The translations under genes and the position numbers were made by a program. The notes beneath the pieces were generated by a model. It searched no databases. It worked only from the letters and a program-made list of their open reading frames with translations, and had not been told where the DNA came from. A DNA stretch of 64,000 bases from Macrostomum lignano (Eukaryota): positions 1-64,000 of the forward strand of contig NIVC01001284.1 in the NCBI GenBank assembly GCA_002269645.1, read 5' to 3'. Positions 1 to 11,420 of this stretch are shown piece after piece. The first letter of the stretch is position 1. Each line of letters starts with the position of its first letter.

Positions 1-1497
1 TCTCTAATCTCAAGCACACAAAGAGTCCAGCAAGTTTGCAGTGCGCTAGCGGCACTTGCATCAAAAGCTGTGCAACGGATTTTCGGGTATTTTAGCATCT
101 AGTCAACCACTCATTGTTACATGAACGAAAACACATTCTGTGTCGCGCCGTGCAGAGTTTAATAAACTTCAATCACCAAAGTCCAGAAATCCATATTTAA
201 AACTAAGAACTCACGAATAAGAATTTAACACTCGAATTTCTTAGAAATGAGCTGGAGATGCCGGCCTGTCGTACCGAAACCGAAACCGCATTCTCGAGAG
301 CATACCAAACGCAGTAATGATACGACAAATATACATTCCTTACCAGACTCTGGCTCATTTCCAAGAAACTGTTGTGTAGGGTTCTTCCACTTCAGTTATT
401 CAAGTGACCCGCAGCCCTGTCACCAGGTGTTTTAATGACAGAACTTGTGACACCAGACTAACCTGCCAGACATACCATGTTGTCTTATACATACTGCAGG
501 GCTGGCTGCGGTGCGGTGAGGACCTGCTTCCGAGAAGGTTTGAGTAAGGTTAAAGTGAAGTCAAACAGATCCATGAATTGCGGAGCTTTTACCAATCCTA
601 GAATGAGTTTCGTTTCTTGAAAATGATTCTGGATGGCACTGCGACAGTGGTTGCCTTCATCAAATAGTTTTTTAAAGAAATTTAAGCCGAGCAAAGATGA
701 TCTTATAAAGCATCTGCCTGATTCAAGGGCACAGTGGAAGCGGGACTTAAGGGCTTGCTGAAGTTGTTATGGAGAGGCCTCGGCAATGCCAAGATGAGGG
801 AATTAAAAACATCATCGAAACGTTTTTTGTCGCGATGCTTGACCGCATCCTGTTGCGCTCTCGCTTGTGTTTGCTCAGAGCAGCTCCCAATCTGCGATTT
901 AGGCCACTTTGAATAACGGGTGAAAGCCGTTGCTGCAAAAACACAGCAATAATTTAGAGCACCACCATGCGCTGTAAGCTGCCACTCGCGCAATCAGCTC
1001 ATCGGTCTAGAAATCCGGACCCCTCAGGCTCGTTTCCGTAAATTGTCTTTCTTCCCTTTCTCATCCTCGAGTATCTGTTTAAGAGTCCTCGATTGTACTG
1101 CTTGTCGTGACTCAATTCCCGTTCGAAACCCAGACAACTGAGGGTCTGCTGACTAGGTGGTGGTTTGGGTTGCAATTTTGGACGGTGTGCTCAATTCGTC
1201 CGTCTTCGTTAGCTATTTCTCCGTTCTGTTGGGCCCTCACCTCATTGGATACTGAGACCCGAAGGAAAGTCTGCTGGCAGCACAACTGCCCGACGTTACT
1301 ATCAAAGACTTCAGATTTGAGCCGCCTCACCCACAGGAAGTTGGGTTATCCTGCGGACAACAAGAGGCACAACATATTATATATTTCAGCCAATGACTTT
1401 GCTTGCTCAATGGCTACCCCTCCCCCGTTATATAGTAGTGTCGATGATTTCCAAAAATGACTCGCATGGAGCAACTGATCAAAATTTCTAGTAAACC

Positions 1498-2083
1498 ATG
1501 AGGGCAATCCTGCTGCTTTTTCTATTGTTTGCGTTCGGCCTTTCGGTTGTCATGGCGACGCAAAGCATGTACGCGGCTGTTAAAAAGTGGAGCCTGTCGA
1601 AAATCCGTGAGCTGTACAATTACGAGTGTATTCATTTAAATCTCTAAATCTCCAAGCAAAAGTATGACTGTCACTTCCAGAGTTGCGGCGAACAAATCGT
1701 CTATCTTTTGATGGCTGCACGCAGAGCTCAACCTTGGGTTCTTACCGTTGTGGCCGGGCAGTAGACGGAAACCGAAACCAAGACTCATACTCAGGTGCCT
1801 GCTCTCACACCAATAAAAACCCGTTCGAATGGTGGGAGGGGCAGATGGTCGCTCCATCGTTTGTCTCTTACGTCACCATCTACAACAGGCAGAACTGCTG
1901 CCCTGGCTGTCTCAACGAGTTCTCGCTGCAGCAGGTGAATGGCGTCGAGTGCAACCGAGTGAACCTGACGGTGCCGTTCTCCGTGGCCAACTTCAGCTGC
2001 GACTCGTTCGGCAGCCGAGTTCGGGTGACAAACCTGCTCAGCCAGTTCCTGACCATTTGCGAGATGAGGCTTACACGCTGTAG
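1498..2083 (+). pseudogene. F-type lectin gene copy A (signal peptide + F-type lectin domain, no PAN domain) with a 1-bp deletion near the 3' end, possibly a sequencing error
   Basis: Exon 1 1498-1606 MRAILLLFLLFAFGLSVVMATQSMYAAVKKWSLSKI; GT..AG phase-1 intron 1607-1680; exon 2 from 1681 ...CGRAVDGN...SHT...EWW...NRQNCC. Reads gagatgaggct where twin A' reads gagattgaggct, and has an extra CAG at about 1932. Confidence 0.8.
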
Positions 2084-2929
2084 CTGAGCTCGTCTCGATG
2101 TCAACTCAAAGAACTCAAAACAGTAAAGCAGCATTGTAACTAACGCGAGATCATAGAAAACACGTTTATCAAATATTTCAAGCATGCAGAGTAGAAATTA
2201 ACTGTTAAACCTGGGCAGTATTATTTCATTTAGGCAGTATGTCTGATGATATTTGAACCGTCAAAAAGTATAATAGCTTCAAGTCTCTAAGCGGCAGTTT
2301 TCGAAGTACCGGTCTGAATGTTCTTGCTGCAAAATTTCCTACTTGCAAAATGCTTAATTCAAAGGTACGAGTATTGACCGTAATGCAACAGTAGATTGTA
2401 ACTCTGTAATTTTCGACAGTTTCTGCCTGACCAGGTAGCTGCAGTCCGTGCTGTCGTGTAACTCCTTTAAATCTGTTTGCGGCTAGTGATGTCGGTAGTT
2501 TATGCACGTGTCTTTTATATTGAGTTGGTCAATGGTGAGAGCAACTCGGAGTCGATCTGAGCAACGTGCGTTTTTATTGTGTTGTCTGATGCTATAGACA
2601 GTGGTATTCAACTCTGCGCCCGTTAACTTTGATCACTTTGTCAGGATTGGCGCCTAGGAAACGGAGATTTACGCATTAGTTTCAAAATGTCAGCGGTAAT
2701 TCGATTGGCCAAACAGGGGTGTTTCTTAAAACAGCAACTACCTTTCACTGGGTAGACTTAAAGCAATATTGGCTTCGAATTTCAATAAATCTGATACAGT
2801 TTTATTCACTCTATTACTTACAGCAGATAGTTTAGCGAATTACTAAATACTCATACTCAATACAAGATATTTCATCTACTTCTGCCGCTTCCCATTGCTT
2901 TTGTTGAGTATCCGTCGTCATGGCGACAA

Positions 2930-3294
2930 AAACCCGCGCACGGCTGTCACCAATAATATTTGACAGTTAAAAATTTGCTTGTTCCTTCTAAAAGCTTTGC
3001 ACCCATTAAATGTAGTCAGCCTAAAAACATTTTTCTCGTGACCTGTCGTTTACACAGCAAGACAGCCCGCCAATCTCACACTAACTAGCTGGTGTATCTT
3101 CCTTCTTTGTAGAGCAAACTCACGGCCATGCTTCCATGCATGGGCAAAGTCAAAATGAAGCAAGCGGCTTGCCTAGTCTGGAAGAGGGATAGATCGTGCC
3201 AATAATCACAGACGTCGCTCACTACGAAAAAACCTCAACTCTTAAAATCGACGTGAAACTGAACACTGACACCTGCAGCTTCTGCTAGCTAAAG
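2930..3294 (+). promoter_or_regulatory. Conserved upstream block of MKLIL-class lectin genes (also about 8265-8650, 12290-12560, 18775-19154)
   Basis: Shared non-coding motifs CACGGCTGTCAC..AATATTTGACAGTTAAAA and GTTTACACAGCA..ACAGCC(CG)CCAATC..ACT..CTAGCT lie upstream of copies B, D, B' and of a decayed copy. Function is inferred only. Confidence 0.35.
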
Positions 3295-4114
3295 ATGAAG
3301 CTAATTCTGCTGCTGCTGCTGCTATGCTCTACATGGGAAGTTTCGTTTGCCATGAGCATCCACATCCAATTCATGGCAGTCAAACTGCGCAGCAACTCGA
3401 CTCCATTGCCATGGAGACCCTGCCTGGCAGAGATTCAATGAACTGCGCCACGCTCTGCGCTTTGAGGCCCACCTGCTTCGGCTTCAGCTGGCTGCAGGGT
3501 CTGTGCCGACTCTCTGACTGGCTGGCGTTCAGCAGCACGGATGGCTGGCAGGCCTCGGAGTCATGTGACGTGTACACCAGGATTGTCGGTAAGATGTTAT
3601 GCACTAGTATTAGGAACTTGACTAATTCACTCTGTGCAAATTTATAGTGTGCCTAAATTGAACGCGACAATTAAGCTCGTGGTAACATTATTTTGACCGC
3701 AAATAACTTCCAGACTCACAGCCACAAACTCAGCTGAAGCTCGAAAGCTGCTCGCAGAGTTCAACGCACGGGTCGAACGTTTGCGGACGAGCAATTGACG
3801 GAAACAGGAACCAAGACTACTATGGAGATTCCTGCGCCCACACCGAAAACAACCCGTTCGAATGGTGGGAGGGGCAGCTGGCCGCTCCATCGTTTGTCTC
3901 TTACGTCACCATCTACAACAGGCAGGACTGCTGCACTAATTGGCTAAAAATATTCTCGCTGCAGGTGGACGGCGTCGAGTGCAACCGAGTGAACCTGACG
4001 GTGCCGTTCTCCGTGGCCAACTTTAGCTGCAACGCCTTCGGTAGACAAGTTCGGGTGACGAACCTGCGCACCGGGTACCTTACCATTTGCGAGATCGAGG
4101 CTTACAGGCTGTAG
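3295..4114 (+). pseudogene. PAN/Apple + F-type lectin gene copy B with a 1-bp deletion in exon 1, possibly a sequencing error
   Basis: ATG 3295 (MKLILLLLLLC); exon 1 to 3588, intron 3589-3713, exon 2 3714-4114 open. Reads actccattgccatgg at about 3400-3414 where twin B' reads actccatttgccatgg, giving a frameshift. Confidence 0.8.
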
Positions 4115-4810
4115 CTGAGCTGGTGGCGAATGGCCTCAGCGACCTGCACAATGGAACTGCAAGCTGTAATTTTGAGAAACTGAACGGCTGTGATATGAAA
4201 ACAGGAGCAATCAATAAAAGTTTAAGAACCTTCTGCAGAAACTTTCAAGCATTCAAAAATGAGTATGCCTTGCAGATTGGAAGTTCAAGTATTTTTGCTT
4301 TTTAGTTTATGGGACCCCAAAAAGCATTTAGCAAGTCGAATCGGTTTTCAAATCAAACAGCACTGACATATTTTTATAAGTTTGAAGCCCTTCGTGTCGA
4401 TGTTCCGTGTGGATACTTTCAATTTGATCCATAAAGCGGGCTGCTGATGGAGAAGGGCCATCGCTCCACTATACACTGAATCGGGTTGCTTCTCTTAATC
4501 GGTAGATTTCTAGAGATGTCATCTCGAAAAGTGATTAATTAATTTTTTATTCTACCCCATGGACGCAAGACAGAAGCCAAATGGTAAAGCTAAGTCCAAA
4601 TCGAATTGTGGGAGTTGCAGCGGGTCGCTGCATCGATTGTCTCCTACTCTGCCGCTCTGCAAGAGGGGGTTGTTCGCCGAACATTTGCGCGAGCTCCCTC
4701 GATCCCTTGAGCGGTTTTCGCGTCTATAGACTAAATATAATATCTATAGGATATATGGAAGCTCGCAATGCCAATGTTGTTTTTACTTATTGCATACCAC
4801 TGAACTTGAG

Positions 4811-5367
4811 AGGGTTGTTACCTAGTGGTCAGAGCGTCGGACTCACCACTTGAAGGTCGGGGGTTCGATTCCTGATCCCGCTGGAACAATTTGTGTCCTT
4901 GAGCAAGACACTGAACTATGAGGATAGCGACGTTTGCCAGCCGACGTTTGCCAGCCGACGTTTGCCAGCCGACAGGGTTGCCAGCCGGACATTTGAAGGC
5001 GGCAATTGGTTAAAGAATTATGCCCTCTCTAGGCTTACATGTACTTGCATTTGAAAACTGGGACATAGCACCAATGTAATCCCACCTCGCTCACTACTAC
5101 TGCTACCAAATATACAGGTTACTAACAAACTACCGCTCATTAGAACCCTCTTCGTCTTCTTGATATTTTGGGTAGGTTTTAGTAACAGGTACCAAAGAAC
5201 TCTGCATTGCTTCAGTTCACCCAGCTGTCAAATGGGTGCCAGCATTAGCTGGCGTAATTGAGGGTGGATGTGGCAACCCCCAGTCCTAGGACAAATCAAC
5301 AGCCGTTCGCAGTCTTAATTCAGATGTGCCGCGCGCAATAACTGCGGCTGAGCTGTCGTTTGCACAA
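4811..5367 (+). mobile_element. tRNA-derived SINE family 1 (CORE-like body) interrupted by a nested insertion at 4921-5196
   Basis: A-box-like TAGTGGTCAGAGC and B-box GGTTCGATTCC, then TTGTGTCCTTGAGCAAGACACTGAACT // CTGCATTGCTTCAGTTCACCCAGCTGTCAAATGGG. Paralogues at 20981-21555 (+) and 63650-63935 (-). Confidence 0.75.
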
Positions 5368-5482
5368 CCTGGCGCAGACTCCATGGCAGCTGGAGTCGAT
5401 ATGCTGTGCATTTTTAGGCAGCAAACATGATTTGGGATGTCGTGCCTGCCGAGAATGCGAGTCCAGACAGAGACAGCAGTAG
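5368..5482 (-). pseudogene. Truncated inverted fragment of lectin exon 1 (signal peptide/PAN start)
   Basis: Reverse complement reads ...ctgtctctgtctggactcgcattctcggc...STPAAMESAPG and is then fused to the SINE at 5367. Upstream 5620-6120 matches the upstream region of minus-strand copy G (22950-23440). Confidence 0.8.
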
Positions 5483-6109
5483 AATTGTGGTCGAAATGTA
5501 TTGGCAAAAGTCTAATCTACGAGCCGTAAGAAACTAAAATTTTGATTTTGAGTTTTCTCTACTTAATTGTTGTCAAGCGAGCAACCCTACCCGAGCAGTA
5601 GAAGGAGTAAACATTGCCTCATATCCCAAGCCTTGCCGTGGCACCTGGGTTGATTGAGACTTGCGGCCAAACTTCGCTGCGTTTCTCCTAATAAAAATTT
5701 ATTCGTGAGTGAGCTTATTTAGATTTCTGAGAAAGTCGAATACGAAACAGAAACGAGGTGAAGGCAAACAATTTCCGGGATTTAAATGGCTAAATATCCT
5801 TTCTGCTTAATTTGTGTGAAATCGGTGTCGAGGATGCTTGTTTTGCTTGTCATGTGTACGGTCGTACGATCATATGCCTTACCGGCTTCCGTTGGCTTGA
5901 ACTTCTGAATTCACCACGCTAATTTATAGGCATTGTTTCTTCTTTTCTTGCTGATTCAACATCTTTTTACGGTGGTGGGTCTGACAAACCAGGGACTGTT
6001 TGACGAGTACTAACAAGTTAGGCCTAATAACCAGCCGTACATTGTTGTTTGCATACAATTTGAAGAAATTGCATATCTAGCAGCTTCAAAATACGCTCGC
6101 ACATGTAGT

Positions 6110-6445
6110 AGGCACGCTATGATTTTTGACAGGGGCTGTGGGCACCCTGGCTCACTTTAAGCGACATTGTCAGACAACCGGCGAGGGGATTACTGCATGT
6201 CCATTGCGCTGACTCCCCTGAGCAGGCACACAAGCGCATTGATACGCGACCTGATGATGGACAGCGACCCAGACTTTATTTCGATAGGCATGTACACTTC
6301 ACTGTGCCTTGGGGGTTGACCTTCAATCGTTAATTGCACGAGCAGCTTCAAATTTAGCCCCAAATTAATGTGACTGCACTGGAATCGAACCCAAGCCACA
6401 GGCATGTAAAAGCGTCGCGATAAAACACGGGGCTACGGACCCGTC
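6110..6445 (-). mobile_element. tRNA-derived SINE family 2
   Basis: Minus strand has a tRNA-like head (CCGTAGCCC...GGGTTCGATTCC) and a body CCGGTTGT.TGACAATGTCGCTT...CCAGGGTGC.CACAGCCCCTG shared with 23415-23750 (-) and 59425-59560 (+). Confidence 0.65.
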
Positions 6446-7178
6446 ACGCAATGGCAAACTTTCGTAGAACCGTTAGCAGCATTTTCACAAAAATGTCATT
6501 CACTCTAAGCCATACTTCTTTAAACGCTAAGTCGGTAGTGCCGATCGGACCGATTCTGGAAGAAGTTGGTCCTTGCCGAGCTCAGTGGAAGATTCGAACT
6601 CGCAACCAGAAACAGCAACTCTAACCGAAACGAAGAAGTAGGCTGCCAGAGAAAATCTTATTTTCCAACAGACCAAATGAGTTTATACTATGTGTTTACA
6701 CAGCCCCGTTACGTTTTTGCTCACCGTCATTGCCTGTCAAGCATCCTGGGAAAAAGTTGCTATTCCGACAAAATTCAAAGCAAAAAAGTTTCTGAATATG
6801 GTGGAAAAAATTAAAGATGCATTAAGTATCGCCATTAGAATTCAAAAGCTACCCCAGGAAGACAGGGTATGTTATAATGCATCATGCATAGTAGCGATCC
6901 TCCCGATAGAAGATTTATCATATGTATGAAAACAGTTTAAGACTAAGCCAATATCCCAGGAAGCTGACTTTTCCTGACGCCATTAACACATGTAAATAGT
7001 TCCGGCAGAGCGTGAAACTCTTTTGTTTGCTTTCGCATCGTTTCCATTTCCTGTTCGACAGCCCAGCTATAGTTAGGCTTCCACAAGAGCTTGGATGCAA
7101 TTTTTATAAGGAGACACGCAGTGAAGTTTTCCCATGCACAAGTCTCCATCAGCCCTGCTACACAGCAAGTCTTGAAAC

Positions 7179-8007
7179 ATGAGGCAAGGCCCGCTCCTTC
7201 TGCTGCTGTCTCTGTCTGGACTCGCATTCTCGGCAGTCACGACATCCCAAATCATGTTTGCTGCCGTAAAACTGCACAGCATCTCGGCTCCAGCTGCCAT
7301 GGAGTCGGCGCCAGGTCTCGGCAGGTTGGAATGCGCCGAGCTCTGCTCTGTGAGGCCCGCCTGCTTCGGCTTCAGCTGGCTGCAGGGTCTGTGCCGGCTC
7401 TTTGACTGGCTGGCGTTCAGCAGCCCGGATGGCTGGCAGGTCTCGGAGTCATGCGATGTGTACACCAGGATTGTCGGTAAGACGACATACACCCTGTATT
7501 ATAATTTTATACTAATTTACTTTTACGATTTCATATTGTGCAATATTGCTTTAGCTTCAGATGGAAAGCTTGTGGAACAGGTACTTTGACCGCAAATAAC
7601 TTCCAGACCCGCAGCCGCACAATCGGCTAAAACTCGAAAGCTGCTCGCAGAGCTCAACGTATGGGTCTAGCGCTTGTGAACGAGCAATTGACGGAAACAG
7701 AAACCAAGACTACTTTGCCAATTCGTGCGCCAACACCAGAAAAAATCTGTTCGAATGGTGGGAGGGGCAGCTGGCCGCTCCATCGCTTGTCTCTTACGTC
7801 ACCATCTACAACAGGCAGGACTGCTGCCCTGAACGACTCGAAAAGTTCTCGCTGCAGGTGGACGGCGTCGAGTGCAACCGAGTGAACCTGACGGTGCCGT
7901 TCTCCGTGGCCAACTTCAGCTGCAACGCGTTCGGCAGCCGAGTTCGGGTGACAAACCTGCTCAACGAGTTCCTGGGCATCTGCGAGATCGAGGCTTACAG
8001 GCTGTAG
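7179..8007 (+). CDS. Secreted PAN/Apple + F-type lectin, copy C (intact; binding His replaced by Asn)
   Basis: Exon 1 7179-7476 (298 nt; signal peptide and CAELCSVRPACFGFSWLQGLCRL); GTAAG..TTCCAG intron 7477-7606; exon 2 7607-8007 (401 nt; AIDGN...CANT...EWW...NRQDCCPERL...ICEIEAYRL*). Phases are consistent. Confidence 0.88.
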
Positions 8008-8651
8008 CTGAGCTTGTGGTGGCGGGTGGCCTCGGCAACCTCGATTGCAACTGCAGAATGGAACTGCAGGCAGTGAATTTGAGAAACTGAACTGCTGCCT
8101 TCAAGCATTCGAAAATGGATATGCCTATCGGCTTGAAAGTTTTGATTTTTGTTGCTTTACGTATCGGACCTCAGAAAGCAGTTGGCTAGTCATGACTCAT
8201 TTTCGATGAAAAAAGCAGACAATTTATAAATAGTTGGAAGTCATAGAACATAGCGACAACAAGCCTACACACGGCTGTCACAGTTAATATTTGACAGTTA
8301 AAATCTTGCTAGGTTTTGCCTAAAAGCTGAGACATCGAAATTGTGTACACATTTGATGTTTCCAGCATCAAGATATTTTTCGCGCGGCTTGTTTACACAG
8401 CAAAACAGCCGCCCGCCAATCACACTCACTAGCTTTGTATCTTCCTTCATTGTTGATGAGAAAACTAACGGCTATGCTTCCACAGGCAAAGTCGAAATGA
8501 AGCAAGCGGTTTCTCCAGTCTGGAAAAGCGAAATATCGTGTCAATAATCAATAAAGGCATCGCTTCTCGTGGGGAAAGTCTAAGCTTTATAAATCAACCG
8601 TTTGCTTCCGCTGAAACACTGAAAAGCTGACACCAGCTTCTGCTAGCTAAG

Positions 8652-9478
8652 ATGAAGCTAATTCTGCCGGTTTTGCTTTGCTCTGCGTTGGAATTTTCGT
8701 TGGCCATGAGCGTTCAACTCCAATTCAAGGTGGTCAAACTGCGCAGCAACTCGACTCCAGTTGCCATGGCGACCCTGCCTGGCAGAGATTCAATGAACTG
8801 CGCCACGCTGGGTGCTTTGAGGCCCGCCAGCTTCGGCTTCAGCTGGCTGCAGGGTCTGTGCCGACTCTTTGACTGGCTGGCATTCAGCAGCACGGATGGC
8901 TGGCAGGCGTCGGAGTCATGCGATGTGTACGCCAGGATTGTCGGTAAGAGGTCATGCACCAGTATTAGGAACTTGACTAATTCACTCGGTGTAAATTATT
9001 TATGAGCATTAATAATCATATAGTTTATTGACAAGCTCCTGGTGCAATTAGTAGTACTTTGGCCGCAAATAATTTCCAGACTCAGCCCTAAACTCAGCTA
9101 AAATTCGAAAGCTGCAAGCAGAGCTCAACGATCGTCTCGAGCGTTTGCGGACGAGCAATTGACGGAAACAGGAACCAAGATTACATGCACTTGTCCTGAA
9201 CCCATACCGAAAACAACCCGTTCGAATGGTGGGAGGGGCAGCTGGCCGCTCCATCGTTTGTCTCTTACGTCACCATCTACAACAGGCAGGACTGCTGCGC
9301 TGAACGACTCAACAAATTCTCGCTGCAGGTGGACGGCGTCGAGTGCAACCGAGTGAGCCGGACAAAGTCGTTCTCCGTGGCCAACTTTAGCTACAACGCC
9401 TTCGGCAGCCGAGTTCGATTCAGCGTACGTAGTCTGTACCTGTTTATTTGCGAGATCGAGGCTTACACGCTTAGCTGA
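8652..9478 (+). pseudogene. PAN + F-type lectin copy D (disrupted)
   Basis: Exon 1 8652-8943 has two PAN Cys lost (TLGALRPASF). Exon 2 from 9080 has a 2-bp deletion right after the acceptor and TGC>TGA at the Cys before the binding His (about 9197). Confidence 0.85.
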
Positions 9479-9946
9479 ACTGGTGGTGGCGAATCGCCAC
9501 GGCAACCTCGAGTGCATCTGCACAATGGAACTGCATAAATGTCATCTGAAAAACTGAATGGCTGTGATGGAAACCAGAGCAACCAATAAACTTGAAATAT
9601 TTTTTTAGATCCCTTCAAGCATTCAAAAAATGAGTTATGCTTTGCGATTAGAAAGTATTGATTTCTGTTGCTTTGGGTGTGAGACCTCAGAAAGCTGTTG
9701 GCTAGCCATGACTCGGTTTTTAATTGAACAGCACTGATACTTATTTATTACTTGGAAGTTCTTAATCCTCAGGCTGTGTGGATGATTACAATTTCATCCA
9801 TAAAGCACAGCTGCTGATGGAGAAGAGCCACCGCTCCACTCCAGTGAATCGAGTTACTTCTCATCGGAGAGTTCCAGAGATGTCATCTCGAGTAATTCAC
9901 ATCCGCTGAAACACTGAAAAGCTGACACTAGCTTCTGCTAGCTAAG

Positions 9947-10192
9947 ATGAAGCTAATTCTGCTGGTTTTTCTTTGCTCTGCGTTGGAATTTTCGTTGGCC
10001 ATGAGCGTTCAACTCCAATTCAAGGTGGTAAAACTGCACAGCAACTCGACTCATTGTTTCATTATATTTTTATTCTACGCTTTCGACAAAAACCTGAGCT
10101 AAATTTGAAGGCCAAATCCAAATGGTATGGTGGGAGGGGCAGCTGGCCGCTCCATCGCTTGTATCTTTTGTCTCCATCTACAACAGGCATGC
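9947..10192 (+). pseudogene. Scrambled lectin gene remnant (5' part of exon 1 plus a short F-type fragment)
   Basis: 9947-10052 matches the start of copy D and then breaks off. 10125-10190 matches the tggtgggaggggcagctggccgctccatcg framework block. Confidence 0.75.
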
Positions 10193-10572
10193 CTGCATGA
10201 TTTGCATTCGAGTGCAGATGATTAAATATATTGAAATTACGACTCGTAGAAATTAAAATTGAAGCAACATAGATGACAGTTTGAGAATCCCTATTGACTC
10301 GTGCATATACCAGTATATAAACCAAAAGACACTACTTCTTAACCAGCCCACTTGAGCAAGCAGTGGCCCAGTTCGTTCATAAACAGTTTCTTATACAGAT
10401 AAACTGACACAGAAATGACTGATAAAATGCGGATTTTCCCATTGAATTCTTAAATAATTTAGAGCCTCTGGGAACGCCATTGCACAGCCTCCAGTTAAAG
10501 GTGGGCTCACCAATTATGCTAACCTCCCCCCCCCCCAATCGGCTGGCAAAGCATGTGGCGCCTCCATTCCAG

Positions 10573-10907
10573 GGGGCGCTTCATAAGACCTAAATTTCAC
10601 AACGCCTAAAACCGAAAATGCAGCATCCTTCATATCGCCTAAATTTCACAACACCTAAAACTGAATGTGAAGGAGAGAAGCAAAGATTTTAGGCGTTGTG
10701 AAATTTAGGCGATGTGAAGTTTAGGCGTTGTGAAGGAGGCTGCATATACTTTAGGCGTTGTGAAATTTAGGTGATATGAAATTTAGGCGTTGTGAAAGAG
10801 CGTGCAAATATTTTAGGCGTTGTGAAATTTAGGCGATATGAAATTTAGGCGTTGTGAAGTGTGGTGGTTTTAGGCGTTGTGAAATTTAGGTCTTATGAAA
10901 GCGTCCC
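10573..10907. mobile_element. 335-bp foldback-like MITE with an 8-bp TSD
   Basis: TIRs GGGGCGCTTCATAAGACCTAAATTTCACAACGCCTAAAA and GGGACGCTTTCATAAGACCTAAATTTCACAACGCCTAAAA; TSD CATTCCAG at 10565-10572 and 10908-10915; interior built of TTTAGGCGTTGTGAAA subrepeats. Confidence 0.85.
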
Positions 10908-11420
10908 CATTCCAGCAGGCTTGACGCCCCCCCCCCCCTGAGACGTGTCCCTCAATCAGAAATATTGCCTATTTGCCCCTGATGCTACTGTGCAGTTTCA
11001 ATGCCCGCCCCCCCCGAAATTTATTTACTGGCGCCAGACTAATTGTCGTCCCCGAATTCCCACGGGGCTATCATAGAGTCATGACTGAATTTCTGTTCGC
11101 TACCTTGTTTACTTTCTCCTGCCTAAGAATTTGATGCTGAGTGCTAGAGCTGCTAATTTGAATTCAGCCTATCACGAATTTGAGATGCATTGCCGAAAAA
11201 AGAAATGAAGCGACAATTTGATGCTTGGAAGCAAAAAGCCTCAACATTCAGGAAACGGAATTTTTAGACATCTTGGAATAAAGCACGAGTTTCAGTCCAG
11301 GTGTGTAGCCAAGACTCAAGGCCATTGAAGATAAAAGGGAAGATTTTGCAAGTTTCCAAAATATAAGAGGAAAGAGAAAAGTAGCCTGTTCCTTACAAAC
11401 TAAAGCTTTTCAACTTGGAA

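Larger units (their letters stand above)
1..4530. repeat. Segmental duplication, copy 1 (partner 15299-20390); runs off the left window edge
   Basis: Position 1 (tctctaatctcaagcacaca) matches 15299. ORFs 247/15545, 1683/17543, 2226/18085, 3380/19145, 3642/19503 and 4087/19948 are the same or nearly the same. Copy 2 carries about 560 extra bp (offset grows from 15298 to 15860). Confidence 0.95.

Noticed and set aside
4811-4890. Possible tRNA genes (also about 20981, 6380-6445, 23680-23750, 63890-63935)
   Set aside because: Pol III boxes are present but there is no complete cloverleaf, and each continues into a shared SINE body.
7073-7492. Recurrent antisense and shifted-frame ORFs over the lectin genes (e.g. 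MERPAAPPTIRT..., ...GGRGSWPLHRLSLTSPSTT...)
   Set aside because: Shadow frames of the GC-rich lectin exons; they recur only because the underlying gene is duplicated.
9195-9200. Selenocysteine or alternative genetic code for the in-frame TGA codons
   Set aside because: TGA is the normal terminator of copy H, PNRC and the polymerase; the copies concerned (D, G) have other lesions; no SECIS was recognised.
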